Shown in pieces: positions 1 to 13,777 of a DNA stretch of 64,000 bases (positions are counted from its first letter, which is position 1; every line of letters starts with the position of its first letter). The stretch spans positions 1,674,001 through 1,738,000 of the forward strand of contig OZ374559.1 of assembly GCA_977862235.1 (NCBI GenBank). Direction: 5' to 3'. The notes beneath the pieces are model-generated. The model ran no database searches. It saw nothing but the letters and a program-made list of their open reading frames with translations, and was not told where the DNA came from. The position numbers and the translations under genes were made by a program. This stretch comes from Dudresnaya verticillata. Taxonomy: Eukaryota.

Positions 1-2862
1 AGAAGTTGACCGAACTGTCACCGCCGCGCTACGCGAAGCCAAGTATCCACCGGACCAGAAGGAGCTACGGAGTTTCCTCGGTCTTTGTAACGTCTACAGA
101 CGGTTCGTCTCGCGATAAGCGCATGTCGCTGCCCCCCTCAACAAGTTGCTGAGGAAGGAACAGGACTTCCGGTTACAACCGTTTGACGAGACACAAGCCA
201 AAGCGTTCAGTACGCTCGTCGAGGCCGTGACTCATCCGCCTATACTGGCGCTACCACAGCAGGGTCTCCCCTATTCCGTCGATTGTGACGCAAGCGAGTA
301 TCAGGTCGGCTGCGCTCTCTTTCAAACGCAGCCCGACGGGGAGCGTAAGCCACTCGGCTTCTGGTCCCGCTCGCTCATCGCTCCAGAGCGTAACTACTCG
401 GTCTCCGAAAAGGAGTGCCTCCCAGTAGTATGGTCCGTCATGACGCTGCGACCTTACCTCCAGATGGAGTCATTCACAGTCCATACGGACTATTCGTCAT
501 TGAGGTGGCTGATGGAAACCAGCGACCCCTCTGGACGGTTAATGCGGTGGCGTCTTCGCCTTTACGAGTTCGACTTTGTCGTGAAGTACAAAAAGAGGTA
601 CCTGAATACTCAGGCAGATGCCCTTTCGCGTCTACAGACGAAGGGAGAAACCGTCGAGCCCATTGACGATGATATACCATGCTATCACGGAAGCTACGTC
701 TAAGATGGCCATCAGACGTCACAAGACGATCTGTCACACGCCGAAGGCGAGGTCGACTTCGCCGAACGAGAGTTCGAAGAGTTCGACCAAGTGTCGATTA
801 ACAACACGCCACCGGCGAATGAGGTACTCCTTCGTCAAGTAACGCACGAAGAGTTGGTACACGCCCAGGGCAATGACCAATACTGTAACGACATCAGGAA
901 GCGTCTGGATGACGGGATCATCTTACCGTTCGCAACGGATGAACAGGGCATGTTGGTCCGAACAGTGGAAGTCCGCCCACAAGTGGTCGTACCCTCCGCA
1001 TTACGCGCTCGCCTACTCCACCTCCGGCACCACGCCAAGTTGGCAGGGCACCCAGGGGGCGTAAGTTGTATCATACGCTTCGACGCGAATACTATTGGCC
1101 ATCGATGCCAGTGGACTGCTACGCGACTGTCCGCAACTGCGTAACCTGCGCTAAGAACCGCGTATTGCTGCGAAAGAACACCAAGCAATTGAAGTTATTC
1201 CCGGCAACCGAGCCTCTTGAGTTCGTATCGATCGACATCCTGGGCGAACGCATACGCACGAAGCGAAGAAACAAGTTCCTACTCGTCATTGTGGACCGCT
1301 TCTCGAAGCTGGTCCGGACGGTCCCACTACGTAGTATTACGGCATTGGAAATCGCTAAGGCGTTTGTACTACATTGGGTCTTCGTATTCGGACCCCCCAC
1401 GAAATGTTTGTCCGACAACGGACCACAGTTTGTGGCTAAGTTGTTCCAGGATATCTGCCGTCTTTTGGGGGTGGACAATATCTTCACCACGACGTACCAT
1501 CCGCAAAGCAATGGCCAGGTAGAACGATTCAATCGAACTATCCTGGCCTCGCTGCGTCACTACGTTGCGGATCATCCGAGAGATTGGGACCTGTTCACGG
1601 ATGCCTTGACGTTCGCATACAACACGCAGTTGCATTCATCTACGCATCTTACTCCGTTTGAATTGGTGCTGTCTAAGCCACCACGGCCATTGTCGCTTGA
1701 AGCGGAACCGTCGCTCGAAAGCTTACCCACCGCGGGGCAATACTACACCAAGTGGCGAACCTGGCTGGCTGCACTGATGGAAACAGCTAAAGCGTCGTTA
1801 GGGAAAACTCAAGCACGTTACAAACGAAACTTCGATACCCGATTAAGGAAATCGAAGGAAGCAATCGCCGTAGGCGACTTCGTATTCGTACGCAAGGAAT
1901 ACTTCGCCCGAGGCGGGAGCATGGATCGCGCAGAGCGTAAGCATAAGTTGGCGCCAGTGGCGGACGGACCATATTGGGTAACTCACGTTGATAACGAGAC
2001 AGTAACCGTCGACAAGGGACATGACGAGCGGGAACGTTTGTCCCGAGACCGCGTGGTCTGGGCGCCGACCCGACCGGGTCAGGCGGCCCCTCCAATCGTC
2101 GTACCACCAGGCGCGCCCGCGGCGCAGGACGCAGTCGCCCCTACGTCACAAGACGAAGGGACGACTACCCCCGACAGGCCACCAGCGAGCCCAGAGGGTG
2201 ACGCAGAGACTTCGCATACTGCGGGAGATCCGCAGGAGCGTACAACCGCAACGCAACGCAGTCGTGGGTTGGCAGAGCTTTCGCCCTTCGCCGCCGACCC
2301 CGACGACCGCGCTTCGCAATCCGTCTCCAACGACGACAATACCCCAGGGGTTCGCACCCGTTTGGAACACATCGCTACGGCACCGCCGAATGAGAACAAC
2401 GACTCCGCTGAAAGCGCGTCCGATAACGAGTAATTTAACCGTGCAAGCACGAAGCAAGGCGCTGCAAGCGATGGACTCGTCTCACGACGCAGCAACCCAT
2501 TGACCGCTGATCGATCGTCCGAAGCCCAAGGGCAACGCCTTCGGCGATCAACCCGTCGAGTACGTTTCGCCGAACCGGCGCAGACACCCATCACGCAACG
2601 AGACGAACCGCCAAAGGCGCTGTAAGGGCACAGGTCCAACCCGATCGCTGTGAGCGGGAAGGAATACGTTATCGAACGCATCGAGTCGCACGCATACGCG
2701 GATGATGGTGAGATCTTCTACCGCATCAAGTGGTTTGGATACCCCGCTTCAGCGAACACCTGGGAGCCCGTGTCCAGTTTGCCGCGATCACACGCCGTGC
2801 GGTACCACCGACGGAAGCACACGCGCCTGCCACAAAATATTGACGACGCCCAGCACGGATAA
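1..2862 (+). pseudogene. pol: pol of element A: RT end, RNase H, integrase, chromodomain (stops/frameshifts)
   Basis: CDASEYQVG, YSVSEKE, ADALSR (RNase H); HPGG...CVTC zinc finger, SDNGPQF, HPQSNGQVERFNRT (integrase); EYVIERIESH...YRIKWFGYPASANTWEP (chromodomain 2650-2862). Confidence 0.93.
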
Positions 2863-4387
2863 CCCTAATCGGGAAAACAACGCTAAAAGCGAAAGCACTG
2901 ACGTTCAGAGACTGCACGGGCACGCGAATGTCGCCAACGTCGTGGAAGCCCCCTCTAACATACGTGGACGCGAGCACACCCGCCGTGGCGACATTCAAGC
3001 ACACACGTCACAGACGGAGCCGAACGCAAATCTGGCTTCAAAGACAGCCACACCAAACGGCCCTCATACAGCGCGCCGGATGCGAGGGTGGCTGACAGTG
3101 GCTCCAGATCACTCGCCGAGGTACGCGCCCCACCAATCCCGTTGCCAAACGCAGACTAGAGCTCGAAAATTTAATGCGCAAACAAAGGGGAGGCGCACTA
3201 CCCGACAATCAACCACTATGCCAAACAAGGTATGCCAAGTGGCCGCACTGGTGCTACCGGCACGCACGACGCCCGACGCACTTCGCAACGCGCAAGGACC
3301 GTCCCCGACGTTGCCGCACGCTTGCGCACCACGGCCAAGTCGCTGCAGCCTTCCCTTACCCAGCCAGCGAACGGCTCGGCCGGGCACGAACACACGCACC
3401 ACGCCGCCAACGCACCTCCCGAAGAAGGGGCACGCCGCCGAACCCGCCGACCACGGGGGGAGTGAGTCGTCGAGGACGCGTTTATCACGGTTCCGTGCAC
3501 GACGCACAACCAAATCGCTAACCAAATCGCGCAATGGCTCCGCCGCTGGGAATAGCCGCCACAGTCGCGCGACGACCATTCCCCACCCTCGGAGGAGAGC
3601 GTCAGAGACAAGGAACAAGGCAACTCCCCCACCAGGAGCCACCTCACCTACCACACGTCGACCTCCGTCAACGACGATGTGCACAACTAAGCGACAGCGC
3701 ACCAAGCGAGAAAATAATACGCCCCAAGCGTTGCAAATGGTCCACGCTCACGCGCAAGCCGCGGTCCGAACTCGATAACACCCAACAACGCTCTGAGCGA
3801 GTCCCCTATGACGACTATGTCGAGCGCGACAGGATGAAATGCAACGCAAAGAAACGCTTCGCTAAGCGAAATAACCAAGAGGCTCGGCCCCGACAACGTC
3901 GACAATAGTTGTCGTCAACAAAACACAGTTCCGAAAACAACGCCCCAGGCGCGCTACACAACGCTAATGCAGCGAACAAAGAAGGGAGGTACAACGCCCA
4001 AGTAACGTCTCTCGGCGACTAATACGATAACGTCGTCACGACGAGACAACAAGTAGGTGAACGCTCCCCGAAGTGACACCACTTCTCACTATACGTGTAA
4101 CACGAGTTCACTAACACACCCGCAAGACGCGATGGCAACACACTACAACACGACGGTTGCAGCGGGACGAAACCAAACTACGTTACCAACGATACAATTT
4201 ATTCGGGCTAAGCAACGGGGAAGTCCCGCGCCCAAGCTACAAGCCACGGCGGCTAAACGCCGCAAAACATTCAACACATTCGTCAACGACGTACGATGCC
4301 CTACCTCCCGAGTCCGCAAAGGAGCCGACAAGGTACCACAATACGCACCCCCGCGAAGGCCTTCCGCCCTAAACGACGCTAACTATG

Positions 4388-6742
4388 TCACGTCGCAGAC
4401 GGTTTTGCCGAGTCCGCCGCACCATCGCCCTCGGCAGATTCCCTCAACGCCTCTTCATAGAGGTCGTGTTCCGTCACTGACGGCACACCCACAGCAGCAA
4501 CAGGGACGGACCGCAAAGGCACCGCCACCGCTACCGCTGAAGGAGTAATACGCGCCGCTGGTGAAGAGTTCGACTCACCACCCGCCTTAGGCGGCGAAGC
4601 CTCTTTGGCTTTGCCAACCGCCGATGGCGCAGAACCAAGTCGGTCATTCGCCTCCGGCGCTGCCACGATAACATCCGCCTTCAGCGTAGTTGCAGGGACT
4701 GTCCCCTTGGACGACGAAGCAACCATAACCGCCTTTGGCGTAGAGTCTAACTCATCACTCGCCTTCGGCGTCGCAGCAGAACCAACCGCCTTCGGCGCAA
4801 CTGTCGCAACCGTCTGAACCGACGTAGACCCCTCACCCGCCTTTGGCTTCATTGGTTCTATATCCTTCATCAACGCAGGAGCCACTGGACCCTCCTCAAC
4901 CGTCGGAGACGTTGTAGCGACATTTGCTTCGCTCGCCGCTGGCGGTACAGTATCAATTACGTCTTTGGACGCTGAACCAGTCGCCTTAGGCGATGACGAC
5001 TTTCCGTCTGCACCGTCTTTCGACTCAGAACCTACTCCAACCATCGGCACCGGCACCCACGCACTCTGGGGTCGCGACGCAGCCGCCAGAGACTGGCTCA
5101 CCCACTCAGTGGGCGAGCCACTCAAACCGCTAGTAGCGACTCCAGCTGCACGCAATAAGGCAAGCACGGTGCGGCGCTGTTCCTCGGTCCAGACTGGCAC
5201 CGAGGGCGCCTTCACAGATCCGTCTATGACGTTTGATACTCCGCCTTGAGGCGTTACGGTCGGCGGAGCGGACTCGACTACTTGCGTCGCCATAACGGTA
5301 TCGCCATCAACGTCCGAGACGGGATCCGCAAGGTCCAAGGGTGCCACAGCTGGCAAGCCAGCTGACACCCAACACCACCGGCAGACCCTTGTGCAAAGCT
5401 GATGGTGGAGCCGCAGCCTCGGCAGATGACTCAACCGCCATAGGCGTAGCGACAGCCGTCCCAGACGGGTTCCCCGGTTCGCCATCGGCGTTAAAAGCAT
5501 CTTCCTTGGCCATGAAGGCACTCAAATGCGGAGGAAAATCACCGACAAAGTCGCAGCTCTTACGCAAACCACGCGGGTGATTACCCGGGGTGAAGCGGTC
5601 CGTTTTGCGATGGCGCTCCGCAACGTTCTTCGTCGTACGACGCTTTGTCCATGGATTATAATGAATCCAATCGCCACCGGCGGAGTGCGTACGACTCATC
5701 GCGATTCGCGGGCGGTTCGTCTTACGGCGGTTGTTCCCTAACGGCACCATCGCCGGGTCGTTCCAATTAATTTCATCCGCTACTGAGCGCAAATCCCAGA
5801 ACTCCTGGCTGTTCCTCGACCCGCCGAGTATCTCGGCTAGGTCCAGGCCACCAAGAGACGCGACTACGCGAGGTGGCAGATAATACATGCGGAAGGTGTC
5901 ATACACCTCCCACATCCAAGCGTACGCTACGTTTGCCACCCATTCGGTGTAGAACATCACCCACCATTTGGAGTACGGGTCCGTCATTAACTCCGACCCG
6001 ATATTCGTGAGACACGGAGGAAGTTCGGCAGCGAAACCTTCGCAAATTTCGAACTCTCGCCAAACGGGCGGCACCTTCACGAAGCAGTGAGGCAACTTAC
6101 TGCGTTCGATATGATCGTCCTGTATATCCTGGTAGGCCACAAAGACGCCCTTTCGGCGACGCGTTTCACATTCCCGACGTATGGACCGTTCCCAAAAGAA
6201 CGTACCCGTCCGGTGTTGGTAACGGAAATCCGCTTTCAAGCGTACTCCCAGGAGTTACGCCTCCTGTCTGATACGCGGCTCTGCCGAGACGCTCAGATGT
6301 TTGAGCGATAACGTCCCTAGACGATTCCCATATTCGATCTCGCCATTGGTCCGGTATTGACCGGCATCTAACTCAAAGATGGCCGGCGTTAACGCCGAGC
6401 ACGGATAACGCGTGGAGCGACGATACACGTCTGCGACTAACTTGGCATGAACGCCCGCACGCGATTACCCTGCGCGAACCCACAGCCACTCGGGCGGCAC
6501 CGTGCAGCGCAACTTCCATTCCATCGTCCAGACGACGGCAAGGGGGAGTCCCCCGGCAAAAACCCGCTAGTAGTGTAATGAGCAATGAGCTCCTCATTGC
6601 GCAAGGCCTCCTGGTCAAACCAGGGGGCCTGCGCGAAGATGTCCCCGTGATCCTGCGGGTTCTTCCCGACGAAGTCGTACGGCGACAAGTATACCGGCGC
6701 GGCCGAGGGCGCCGCGACCTGAACACCATTGAACGTGGGCAT
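4388..6742 (-). pseudogene. Antisense extra ORF of element A, unknown function (frameshifted)
   Basis: ORF pieces 6793-6437, 6239-5307 and 5521-4388 are colinear with 14050-16257 and 29573-31875 (APWF, GFLPG, CEGFAAELP, WMWEVYDTFR, WNDP). Confidence 0.85.
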
Positions 6743-7196
6743 ATCTTCGGCGACGCAACTTCGTTTACGCCACGGGCGCTTAAGGTCAAACAAACGTCAA
6801 AGACGACTCTTGCCCAACGACACAGGCGGTTATACTTTTTCTTTCGTCAAAGACGCCTTTTGTTCCGCGCCACGGGCGACTACGATGAAGCTGCGTCACA
6901 GACGGGAAACACTTGCGCCTTGGGCGATGAGCTTCACACAACTCGTCTACGACGATGCAACTGACACGCCCCAGGCGACGAATTGGATGTGGCGCCGTTG
7001 ACGGGATTCACAAGGCGCCAGCGGCGATGATGTACGGTGAAGAGAGCGCAAGAGATAGAGAGCTCGCCGGACGCAACACGCAGCACGCGAAGTTAGCACC
7101 GCACAGCCGGAACGCAGGAACGCACGCACAACGAAGTGGGATCTGCAGCGAAACGCAAGCTTGCGGCGGACGTGTTCGCGTTTTGCGAGGGGGTCG

Positions 7197-8061
7197 TGTG
7201 GTGCAAGGGGAGTGCTGCCCCTTTTTCGCTGTGAGCGTATTATATGCCAACGTCTACCGACGGCACGTCAACCGCCGTTGGCGCGCGAACACGTCATGGA
7301 TGATTGGCCCACGGGCATACGGCCGCCGTTACCCCGCGCGGCGCGGCGCACGCGCACACTGTACGGCCAGATCCGGATGCATCATCCCGATCGGCCAGGC
7401 GCAAGGCGCACGCCTGTAAGCTTGGCCCGGATCCGGATCGGATCCGGATGGGACATCGGGATCCGGCATCGGGATCCACAGTGATGTAAGGAGCGCGCCT
7501 GTAATGGCCGCGCGCCAGCAATGCTGGCGGGGATCTGGATCCGAATCCGGATCTCCCGCACTGTTACACGCATGCGCCTGTAAGTCACCCATTACTCGCA
7601 CGCACCCTTGTAAGCTACTCCTGAGCTCCCGCGCACGCGGCTGCATGGCGACGACGACGTGTCAGACACTCGACGGCGCGACACGCGTCCTGAGTTCCCG
7701 CGCACCGCGCCCGCCGCCGTCGCTCACGTAGTATATTAGGTAATCCGTCTGAGACGCTGAGTAAACCCCGGACAAGCCAGCCTTGGTCCAGACTTCCCCG
7801 TTCCGCACGCGCGTACCCTACCGCTGCCTACGGCTCAAGTGTCTACCTCCCGTGCTTCCACGTCTATCACCGTCCTTGACGTGTTTCCTTTCTGTTCCCT
7901 TTTTCCTTCCTTTCCGCCTCGGGCGTCTACAGTCCGCCCAAGGCGTGTCCTCTGCTCTACCACAAGTCGCCCAAGGCGAGGCTACTCACCGCCACGGGTG
8001 TAGCTACCCACCGAGCCCCGAACTGCTCGGCGGTATACCGTCCTCCGACGTTTGCACCACA
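7197..8061 (+). repeat. 3' LTR of element A (865 bp)
   Basis: 10-bp terminal inverted repeat TGTGGTGCAA/TTGCACCACA, preceded by PPT; 3' part similar to LTRs at 28215 and 54209. Confidence 0.93.
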
Positions 8062-9871
8062 CCGCGCACAGATTCAGGCGCTTCGTCCTATCGTCCCGGT
8101 CATAGGCGCTGTTGAGGTCTAAAACTGCTGTGTAGTCGTCTCCCGAGCGTTGTGCCGCTATTGTCATTTCCACTGCCATTTCCGTCCGTATGTTTGGCTG
8201 AAACCCGAGATGCATTCTATGCGGGGTGAAGCCAGCTTGCACTTCATATTCTATTGCTTTTTCGATGAATTTGTGGGCATGGGAAAGCAGGCAAATTGGG
8301 CGGTAGTTCCCTGGATCAGCTTGTCAACCGCGTTTATGCACAGGCACGAGTGACCCGACCGTCCAGGTTTCAGGGAGAATTGAAAAGTCACCGCAGCGTT
8401 TCCACATCCAGAAGAGTAGTTCTGCGGAGGGTTCGGGGCACAGTTGTAGCATCTCAATGTGAATGTCGTCCCTGCCTGTCGCGGTCCCTCTAGATATGTT
8501 TTTCAGGGCGCGGGTAATGCTTCGTTGGAGACGCGGGGGTACGTAGAATGTTCGAGGCTTTGGTGCCGCGGGGGTGTCTTTAGATGTATCCATGTGTTTT
8601 GTGAAGGCTGCTGGCTGTAGTTCTGGTCCCCGTGATATGTGCATCTTCGCACGACGGACTCGTTTTCGGTTTCGGGTCTGTTTAGACTGGGAGAGGATGG
8701 ACTGTGGGCCCTGTAGTAGCTCTTCAGCCTCGCTCCGTTGCTGTTGCTTCTTGATGGCGCGGATACGGCAGCGTATGGTACGTTGGAAAGTTCGATACTC
8801 TTGCTCTGCTCTCTCTCGTGCTGGAGGAGTTCTTGCTGCCTTCATTCATCGATAATCTCGAGACCGTCGGTGGCGTAATGGGTCCAAGTTTGGGGGACAG
8901 TGTGGCTTGTTAAGTCTGACTGATTCGGAGAACAGAAGCTTCCAGCGTTTTTGTAGAAGCTTTGGGAGCTCATCCATGCTTTTCTTGGCCTCATGGCGAT
9001 TGTTGGCATTTCTAAGTCTCTGGATGTATGTCGGTAATGTATTTACGTAGGCACGTCGCACTATGTTATGGTATTGGGGATTCGCAAGGAGCCGTTTTGT
9101 GATTCTGCAGCTTCGTTTCTTGGGGACATGGTTGAGTTGCAATTCACAGCTCTAGGTGGGCTGTGGTTGGCGCTGCGGGAGTTTTACCAGGACCGGGGCG
9201 TGATCACTAGTCCCGTCCCATTCTCCTGTTGCAACAAACGTGTAGAGGGGTCCGGAGGCATTTTACAGGCAGATATCAATGGTGCTCATACCTCCACTTC
9301 CGTTGGAGCTGAAGAAAGTCGGCCGACTTTCTTCAGGAACCGTCTCCGGCGGTGCGTGGACGGTAAAGGGGTTTCGGGAGCACCACTTAGATATGGCCAC
9401 TCCTTTCTCATTTCTCCCCGTGCGCCATGCCGTACTGCGTGCGTTGAGGTCACCAATGATGAGTGTAGGTCCACGCGATCTCGCTTTTACAGTGTCCAGA
9501 ATGGTTCTGATGTCTTCTTTTCCGGCTCTGGGGCTGATATTGGCACCGAATATGTCACCGACATTGGGGACTTCGAGGCATAGTAGTTGATATAGCGCCG
9601 GATGATGCGGCGACTGGGGTAAGATGGAATATCGATTAGATGCTTTCAGTTGTGGCCGGCTGACCATTGCAATACCTCCGAGCCATGGACCGTTGGTCCC
9701 AGCACGCGTTGCCGGAATTGTAAAGGAGGGGTGGGGCAGGTTATGATGTTGTGATAGAGGTGTGTGTGTTTCGCTGCGTAGTAGGACTTGAGGTTGTGCG
9801 GTGGTCAGGAGCGTTATAACGTCTAGGAGGCATGAATGTAGGCCCGCGACATTCCAAGTCCTCACTAGCAT
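8062..9871 (-). pseudogene. LINE ORF2: apurinic endonuclease + N-terminal half of RT
   Basis: VRTWNVAGL, SETH, IIGDLNAR, STIDI (APE); ATGRDDIHIEML, PETWTVGSLVPVHKRG, QAGF, AVLDLNSAYD (RT). Confidence 0.88.
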
Positions 9872-10259
9872 GTTTCTCCTGTGTTCTGAGGACCCGCTTT
9901 TGCGGGGGTGTGGTATTGGAATTACGCGAGGCTTGATTTTGATGTCTAGCAGGCATTGGGTCGGAATTGGCCACGGCCCGGTTTTCCAATGGGGTAAGCT
10001 TCGCGAAGCCGCACGCGGTGAGGGACGGGTACTGTTGCATGGTGCGGCTTCTTTGGGAACCAGTTCTGGCTTGCGAGTATGGGTAGGTGTCCATCGGGTC
10101 TGCATTTGGAAGAAGAGAGTGATCGCGGGGTCCAAAGTTTTGTATTTGGATTGCGTCCGGTATAGCAACAATAATTGTTGTGTTGAGCCCAGTCCCCGGA
10201 GGTACTGTCTTGTTTTGAGGGGCGGTCTCATTTTTTGCGCGTCCATCATCTGCAACGGG

Positions 10260-11668
10260 ATAATCCCAATGGAATGAATGTACTATACGGGGTTGGGAGG
10301 AGCGCTGTCGAAGGCTGAGTGATTGATCTTGGCCATTAGTAGCGATCCGTGCTTGTAAACGACGGGGAACAAACGGGTCGGCGATAGAAAGCGTTCGGAG
10401 CTGTGTTTGGTACCATTGTGCAGTGGGGAGGTGAGGCGTTATTTTTCCATTGCGCCACCAGCGCATGGCGACGTTCATGACCTGTGATTCCATTTTTGTG
10501 CTGTTCCCGTCGTGATTAGGGGGTTTGATGGGATCGAAATCGTCTTGTATCGGGCGCATGAAGCGGGGCAGTCGCCTCATGACCATGTCTCGGCGATCCT
10601 CTTCGAAGACCACCTCCACAATATATGGAGCGGTGGTAGTGTGGTACGAGATGTTGCGTAGTGCAAGTCTGTCGCCGTTCATTAAATCATGGAGTATGCA
10701 TCTCTGTAGGTCACTAAGCCTGACCCACTTCCCATGCCTGAAATAGGTGACGGTCAGGGGGCTTCTAACTTCCCAGGTATTGGGTGAGGGGCGCCGGTCG
10801 TTACGGTACATTTGGTTAAGCGCGTCTATCGTCATGGGGGGGTCTGGGGTGGCGGTGTGGCCTGCAAGTGCTGCTTGTAGGAATGTTGGTGCGTCTGAGG
10901 CTACAGCGGGGCGCACTTGAACCGCTGGTTGTCGTTGCGAGGGCAGCAGAGTTGAATTGGAGGTCCTTTTTCTGCCAGGCGTATTCCGGTGCGATGAGGG
11001 GTTCCGTAGGTTCCTGGACTGGTCGAAAGAACGGGTTCTGCGTTCGGTCCGGTCCGTTCTTGCGCGGTCGGTGGGTTTAAACGGCTGTTTATCAGGGCTG
11101 CCAACGAGCTTGTCTGCTGTTGCGCGAGCCGTGTTGCATCTTCTCGGGCGCTTTGGGCACTTTCCGTGATCTGGTTTGACAGTTTGTTGGTCTGGGTTTC
11201 CAGCTTCGAGTGGAATGACACTGCCGGGTCATGGATACCTGCAGATAGCACTGTTTTCGCCTCCTCTAGGTTCTTCTCAATAGTCGTCATTCGAGCGCGC
11301 TGCTCAACGAGTTGTTCTTTAGTTTCTTGGAGGCCTGCCTCCTGTCGTTGAAGGGAGGTCTCCAGTGCGGCGAAAGCTGACCCCGTTGCACGTGCTCGGA
11401 GGTCTTGGCGATGCCCCGTTTTGTTTTTGTCGATGGCGTAAAGCGTCACCGGTTCGGAGCACGGTAAGCAGCGATGATCCTTGGTATGTCGAGTGGCAGA
11501 CTTTGCAGCGGTAAGCAATGACCTCGTTCGTCGTGTTTTCGGTTGAGATGGGGAACAGGGTGGCGGGGTGAGGGGTAGGGCATCGGAAGTAGACGCAGAA
11601 GAGGAGCGTTTCGGGGCTGAGGAGGTGTGGCTAGGATCGGGCTGCGAGTTTGGGTAGGCAGAGCTCAC
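10260..11668 (-). pseudogene. LINE ORF1-like protein (coiled coil), frameshifted; 3' end approximate
   Basis: ORFs 11668-10901 (LQETKEQLVEQRARMTTIEKNLEE) and 10916-9741 lie directly upstream of the APE ORF. Confidence 0.55.
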
Positions 11669-12476
11669 TGGGTTGCAGTCTTACATTAGGCCGTGAAAGC
11701 ACGTCAGCATTCTGACCGTTGCGAGTAGTTGATTGGGCATCTCGAGAGGTCAGTTTTTCATAATCTGGACGTTGGGTGGATGACGTCGGGTGGCCCGTTT
11801 GTCCGGGTGATGGGCCGCACATTGGTAATGACGGTGAGCTGGCTCTTACAGACTTTCGTTTGCGGGGCGCCGACTCCTCGAGTGACGTTGGTGGAATGTC
11901 AGATGGGAGGTGTTGCAGCGTCGCTGTGGATGAACGTGGTCGTAAGTAGTGAAAAGCTTTTTGGGTGTCTCAAAAGCAGTCATCCCAGTAGTGCTGTGGG
12001 AGATTAGACGTTAGGCTACTGGTGTCATTGCCAACAGCATCTCTCGTGGGAGTAGATTGGATTACTGACCATATCTATGTTGGATTCACCAATTGTCAGC
12101 AGGAGGCGGAAATCCGCCTCCCAAACGCATCAATCCGCGACCCTTCCTACTCTCCTTGGCGCTGATATTGCGCAGGTTTCTGGGCTGAGCTAGCTGCTCT
12201 AAGTATTCTCCCTCATGTTGACATTGCACAAGACTCTCGGTAGAGCTCGCTGCTCTTGGACATTTCTTTCCTTTTCAAGCACGTAAACGTCGTCAACACA
12301 ACTTGTAAAGCCTGTGCGGACATGAAAAGTACTACTAAGGATAGAGAGCAGTGTCGATCGTTGTACGCTTCATCGATCGGAAGCTATGAACGAAAAACGT
12401 TTCGATACTCTGTAATATATATCGTGTGAGAAATTCCGATATGCCATCGGGATGAATACGCTCAAGCAAACGACCG

Positions 12477-12586
12477 TGAACATTCTTTGTTAGTCCTGTT
12501 CTCGAGAACATTCTTTGTTAGTCCTGTTCTCGAGAACAGTCTTTGTTAGTCCTGTTCTCGAGAACAGGACTAACAAAGAATGTTCA
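12477..12586. repeat. Three tandem 28-bp units followed by an inverted copy (palindrome centred on CTCGAG)
   Basis: GAACATTCTTTGTTAGTCCTGTTCTCGA x3 (one mismatch) then GAACAGGACTAACAAAGAATGTTCA. Confidence 0.95.
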
Positions 12587-12938
12587 AGGCCTCCATATAA
12601 CGGCACTAGAAGTCCTAGAACCACCAATCTACAGTGGCAAGTTCCATTATTTCTCCCATCCACCCGCTCCTTTTTCATACAGACATTACGTTCATAATTT
12701 ACCGCCCATTCTGGTCATGCAGACCTGGTAAAACAGTGCAATAATTGACTTCCTTTGCATTACTCATTTCTGAATGAAGTTGGTCTTTATAAATCAAGGC
12801 TGCGTTTCCTTTTCAGCGCCAGTTGTAGATACCGATTCGTTTTGTAGAGTTTCTCGAGAAGGGAGCATCACATCACAAGAAAAAACAAAGCTGCCGAAGG
12901 AGCGGGAATTACTCAGCTATTTCTCTTTGTGTGCCCGT

Positions 12939-13777
12939 TGTGGTGCAACGCCCGAACAAGGGCGCAACCCCAGGACCAGAGTCCGAGTGGTCCTCCCACG
13001 GGTTGGTAGCAGGCGACGACGGTGAGGCCGACGCCGGTTGGGTGGTAGAGTTAGGGACACGGGGTGTGCCCCGGGTGGTTGAAACGGGGGCGGGGTCGAC
13101 TGTAAACCCCCGGCCCACGTTGGAGTGCCGTGGTACACGTAGAACGATGAAGGCGATTACGCCGCTGAGTGCTGTTGAAGCCAGGCAGTAGAACGGGGTA
13201 CGTAAGCCCAAGTCGCGCGCGGTGTCGACACCAGGTGCGAAGGTGGGGGTATCCTCGAGTTCCTAGGCCTGCTTAGCGCTTTACTGTGAGGGGGGTTCAC
13301 CCCGTATACTAAGTATCCCCCGCGGGAGATGCGCGCGCGTGTGTGGCGCCGCGCGCTTGACACTTGGCATGCGCGCGCACCACGAGCTCACTAAAATATC
13401 GCGCAAAAATACCTAGCGTAGAAATACTACTACCGCACTGTAAATCAGTGTAATCTAAGGGTGCGCATTGCTGGGGCGCACCCGAGCAAGGATTCCCTCG
13501 GATATATTCGGCGCGCGTGTTACGCGTGTACACGTGGAGACGTGTCGCCCGTGTGTGCTGTTGGCGCGTGCTGTACGGGCGCGCGCGCACCGTGCCAAGG
13601 GCGCGGTCCCCATTGGCCGGATCTCGCACGCGCGGCACCCGCGCACAGGCCCATCCAAGCTGCCGGTAATCGGCGTATGTTATAGTCGCGGGTGATCCGC
13701 GTGTACCGTCGTCCGCTCACCGCGCGAGCGGGTGTAGCGATATAAAACGGGGTTTTCCCCCGGGGTCTTGCACCACA
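12939..13777 (-). repeat. 3' LTR of element B
   Basis: Direct repeat of 25927-26765; TG...CA termini; adjacent PPT GGAGGGGGGCGA (13778-13789, minus). Confidence 0.97.

Larger units (their letters stand above)
1..8061 (+). mobile_element. Ty3/Gypsy LTR retrotransposon A (chromodomain-bearing), 3' part; 5' end outside window
   Basis: RT thumb/RNase H, integrase and chromodomain ORFs, then antisense ORF, PPT (GAGGGGG 7187-7193) and an LTR with TGTGGTGCAA...TTGCACCACA termini. Confidence 0.95.
8062..11700 (-). mobile_element. APE-type non-LTR retrotransposon (LINE), degenerate, RT interrupted by element A; 5' boundary approximate
   Basis: ORF1-like coiled-coil ORFs followed by APE and RT motifs; RT stops at the LTR boundary 8061/8062. 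Confidence 0.85.

Noticed and set aside
2702..3778. 358-aa ORF after pol as a possible env gene
   Set aside because: R/T/P-rich low-complexity translation, not conserved as an ORF in B or C, no transmembrane segment
12478..12561. 28-bp repeats as a CRISPR array or heat-shock element
   Set aside because: No spacers and no cas genes, eukaryotic context; GAA/TTC spacing does not form a three-unit HSE
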